Source of the DNA: a virus
Taxonomy: Duplodnaviria; Caudoviricetes
IMG/VR virus record: IMGVR_UViG_3300017730_000010
Span: 1-55,721 of that record
Strand: one strand, 5' to 3'
Length of the DNA stretch: 55,721 nucleotides
Shown: positions 55,693-55,721 of the stretch, piece by piece
Layout of the letters: every line of letters starts with the position of its first letter
How positions within the stretch are numbered: the stretch's first letter is position 1
Translations under genes and position numbers: made by a program
Notes under the pieces: model-generated
Told to the model about the DNA's origin: nothing
Databases searched by the model: none
The model's input: only the letters and a program-made list of their open reading frames with translations

Positions 55693-55721
55693 AATACGTT
55701 GGATTATATCATATATTTTAA

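Noticed and set aside
1-55721. Stop-codon reassignment, tRNA genes, tail sheath
   Set aside because: Standard code gives dense full-length ORFs; no cloverleaf or sheath-like gene recognised by eye (tRNAscan not run).

Overview
A 55.7 kb piece of a large, AT-rich tailed dsDNA phage genome, probably with a long non-contractile tail (no sheath gene seen). It has three parts. (1) 1-6.7 kb: about 25 very small, mostly minus-strand genes driven by at least 14 sigma70-type promoters, 13 of them apparently leaderless. Six co-oriented copies of a 71-72 bp element punctuate this region: two 25-bp palindromes (TAAGT-n3-TGA-n3-TCA-n3-ACTTA) around a 21-22 bp GC-rich spacer with a centred GG-SSG-CC 7-mer. 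The copies divide it into cassette-like units. (2) 6.85-50.7 kb, plus strand: PhoH, thioredoxin, a sigma-like factor, a Zn-finger/ERCC4 nuclease, terminase, portal, protease/scaffold, capsid, neck and tail genes, including a 4465-aa tape measure protein. Nine copies of an xxxG[FLY][IV]P[NS][FL] motif split its middle into unrelated modules, at least one resembling a PD-(D/E)XK nuclease. (3) 50.7-55.7 kb, mostly minus strand: Rad52/Sak-like annealase, SSB, a second sigma factor and dNMP kinase. The two best candidates for an undescribed system are the paired-palindrome cassette array and the motif-delimited cargo tape measure. All calls come from reading motifs and gene order by eye; no database searches were run.
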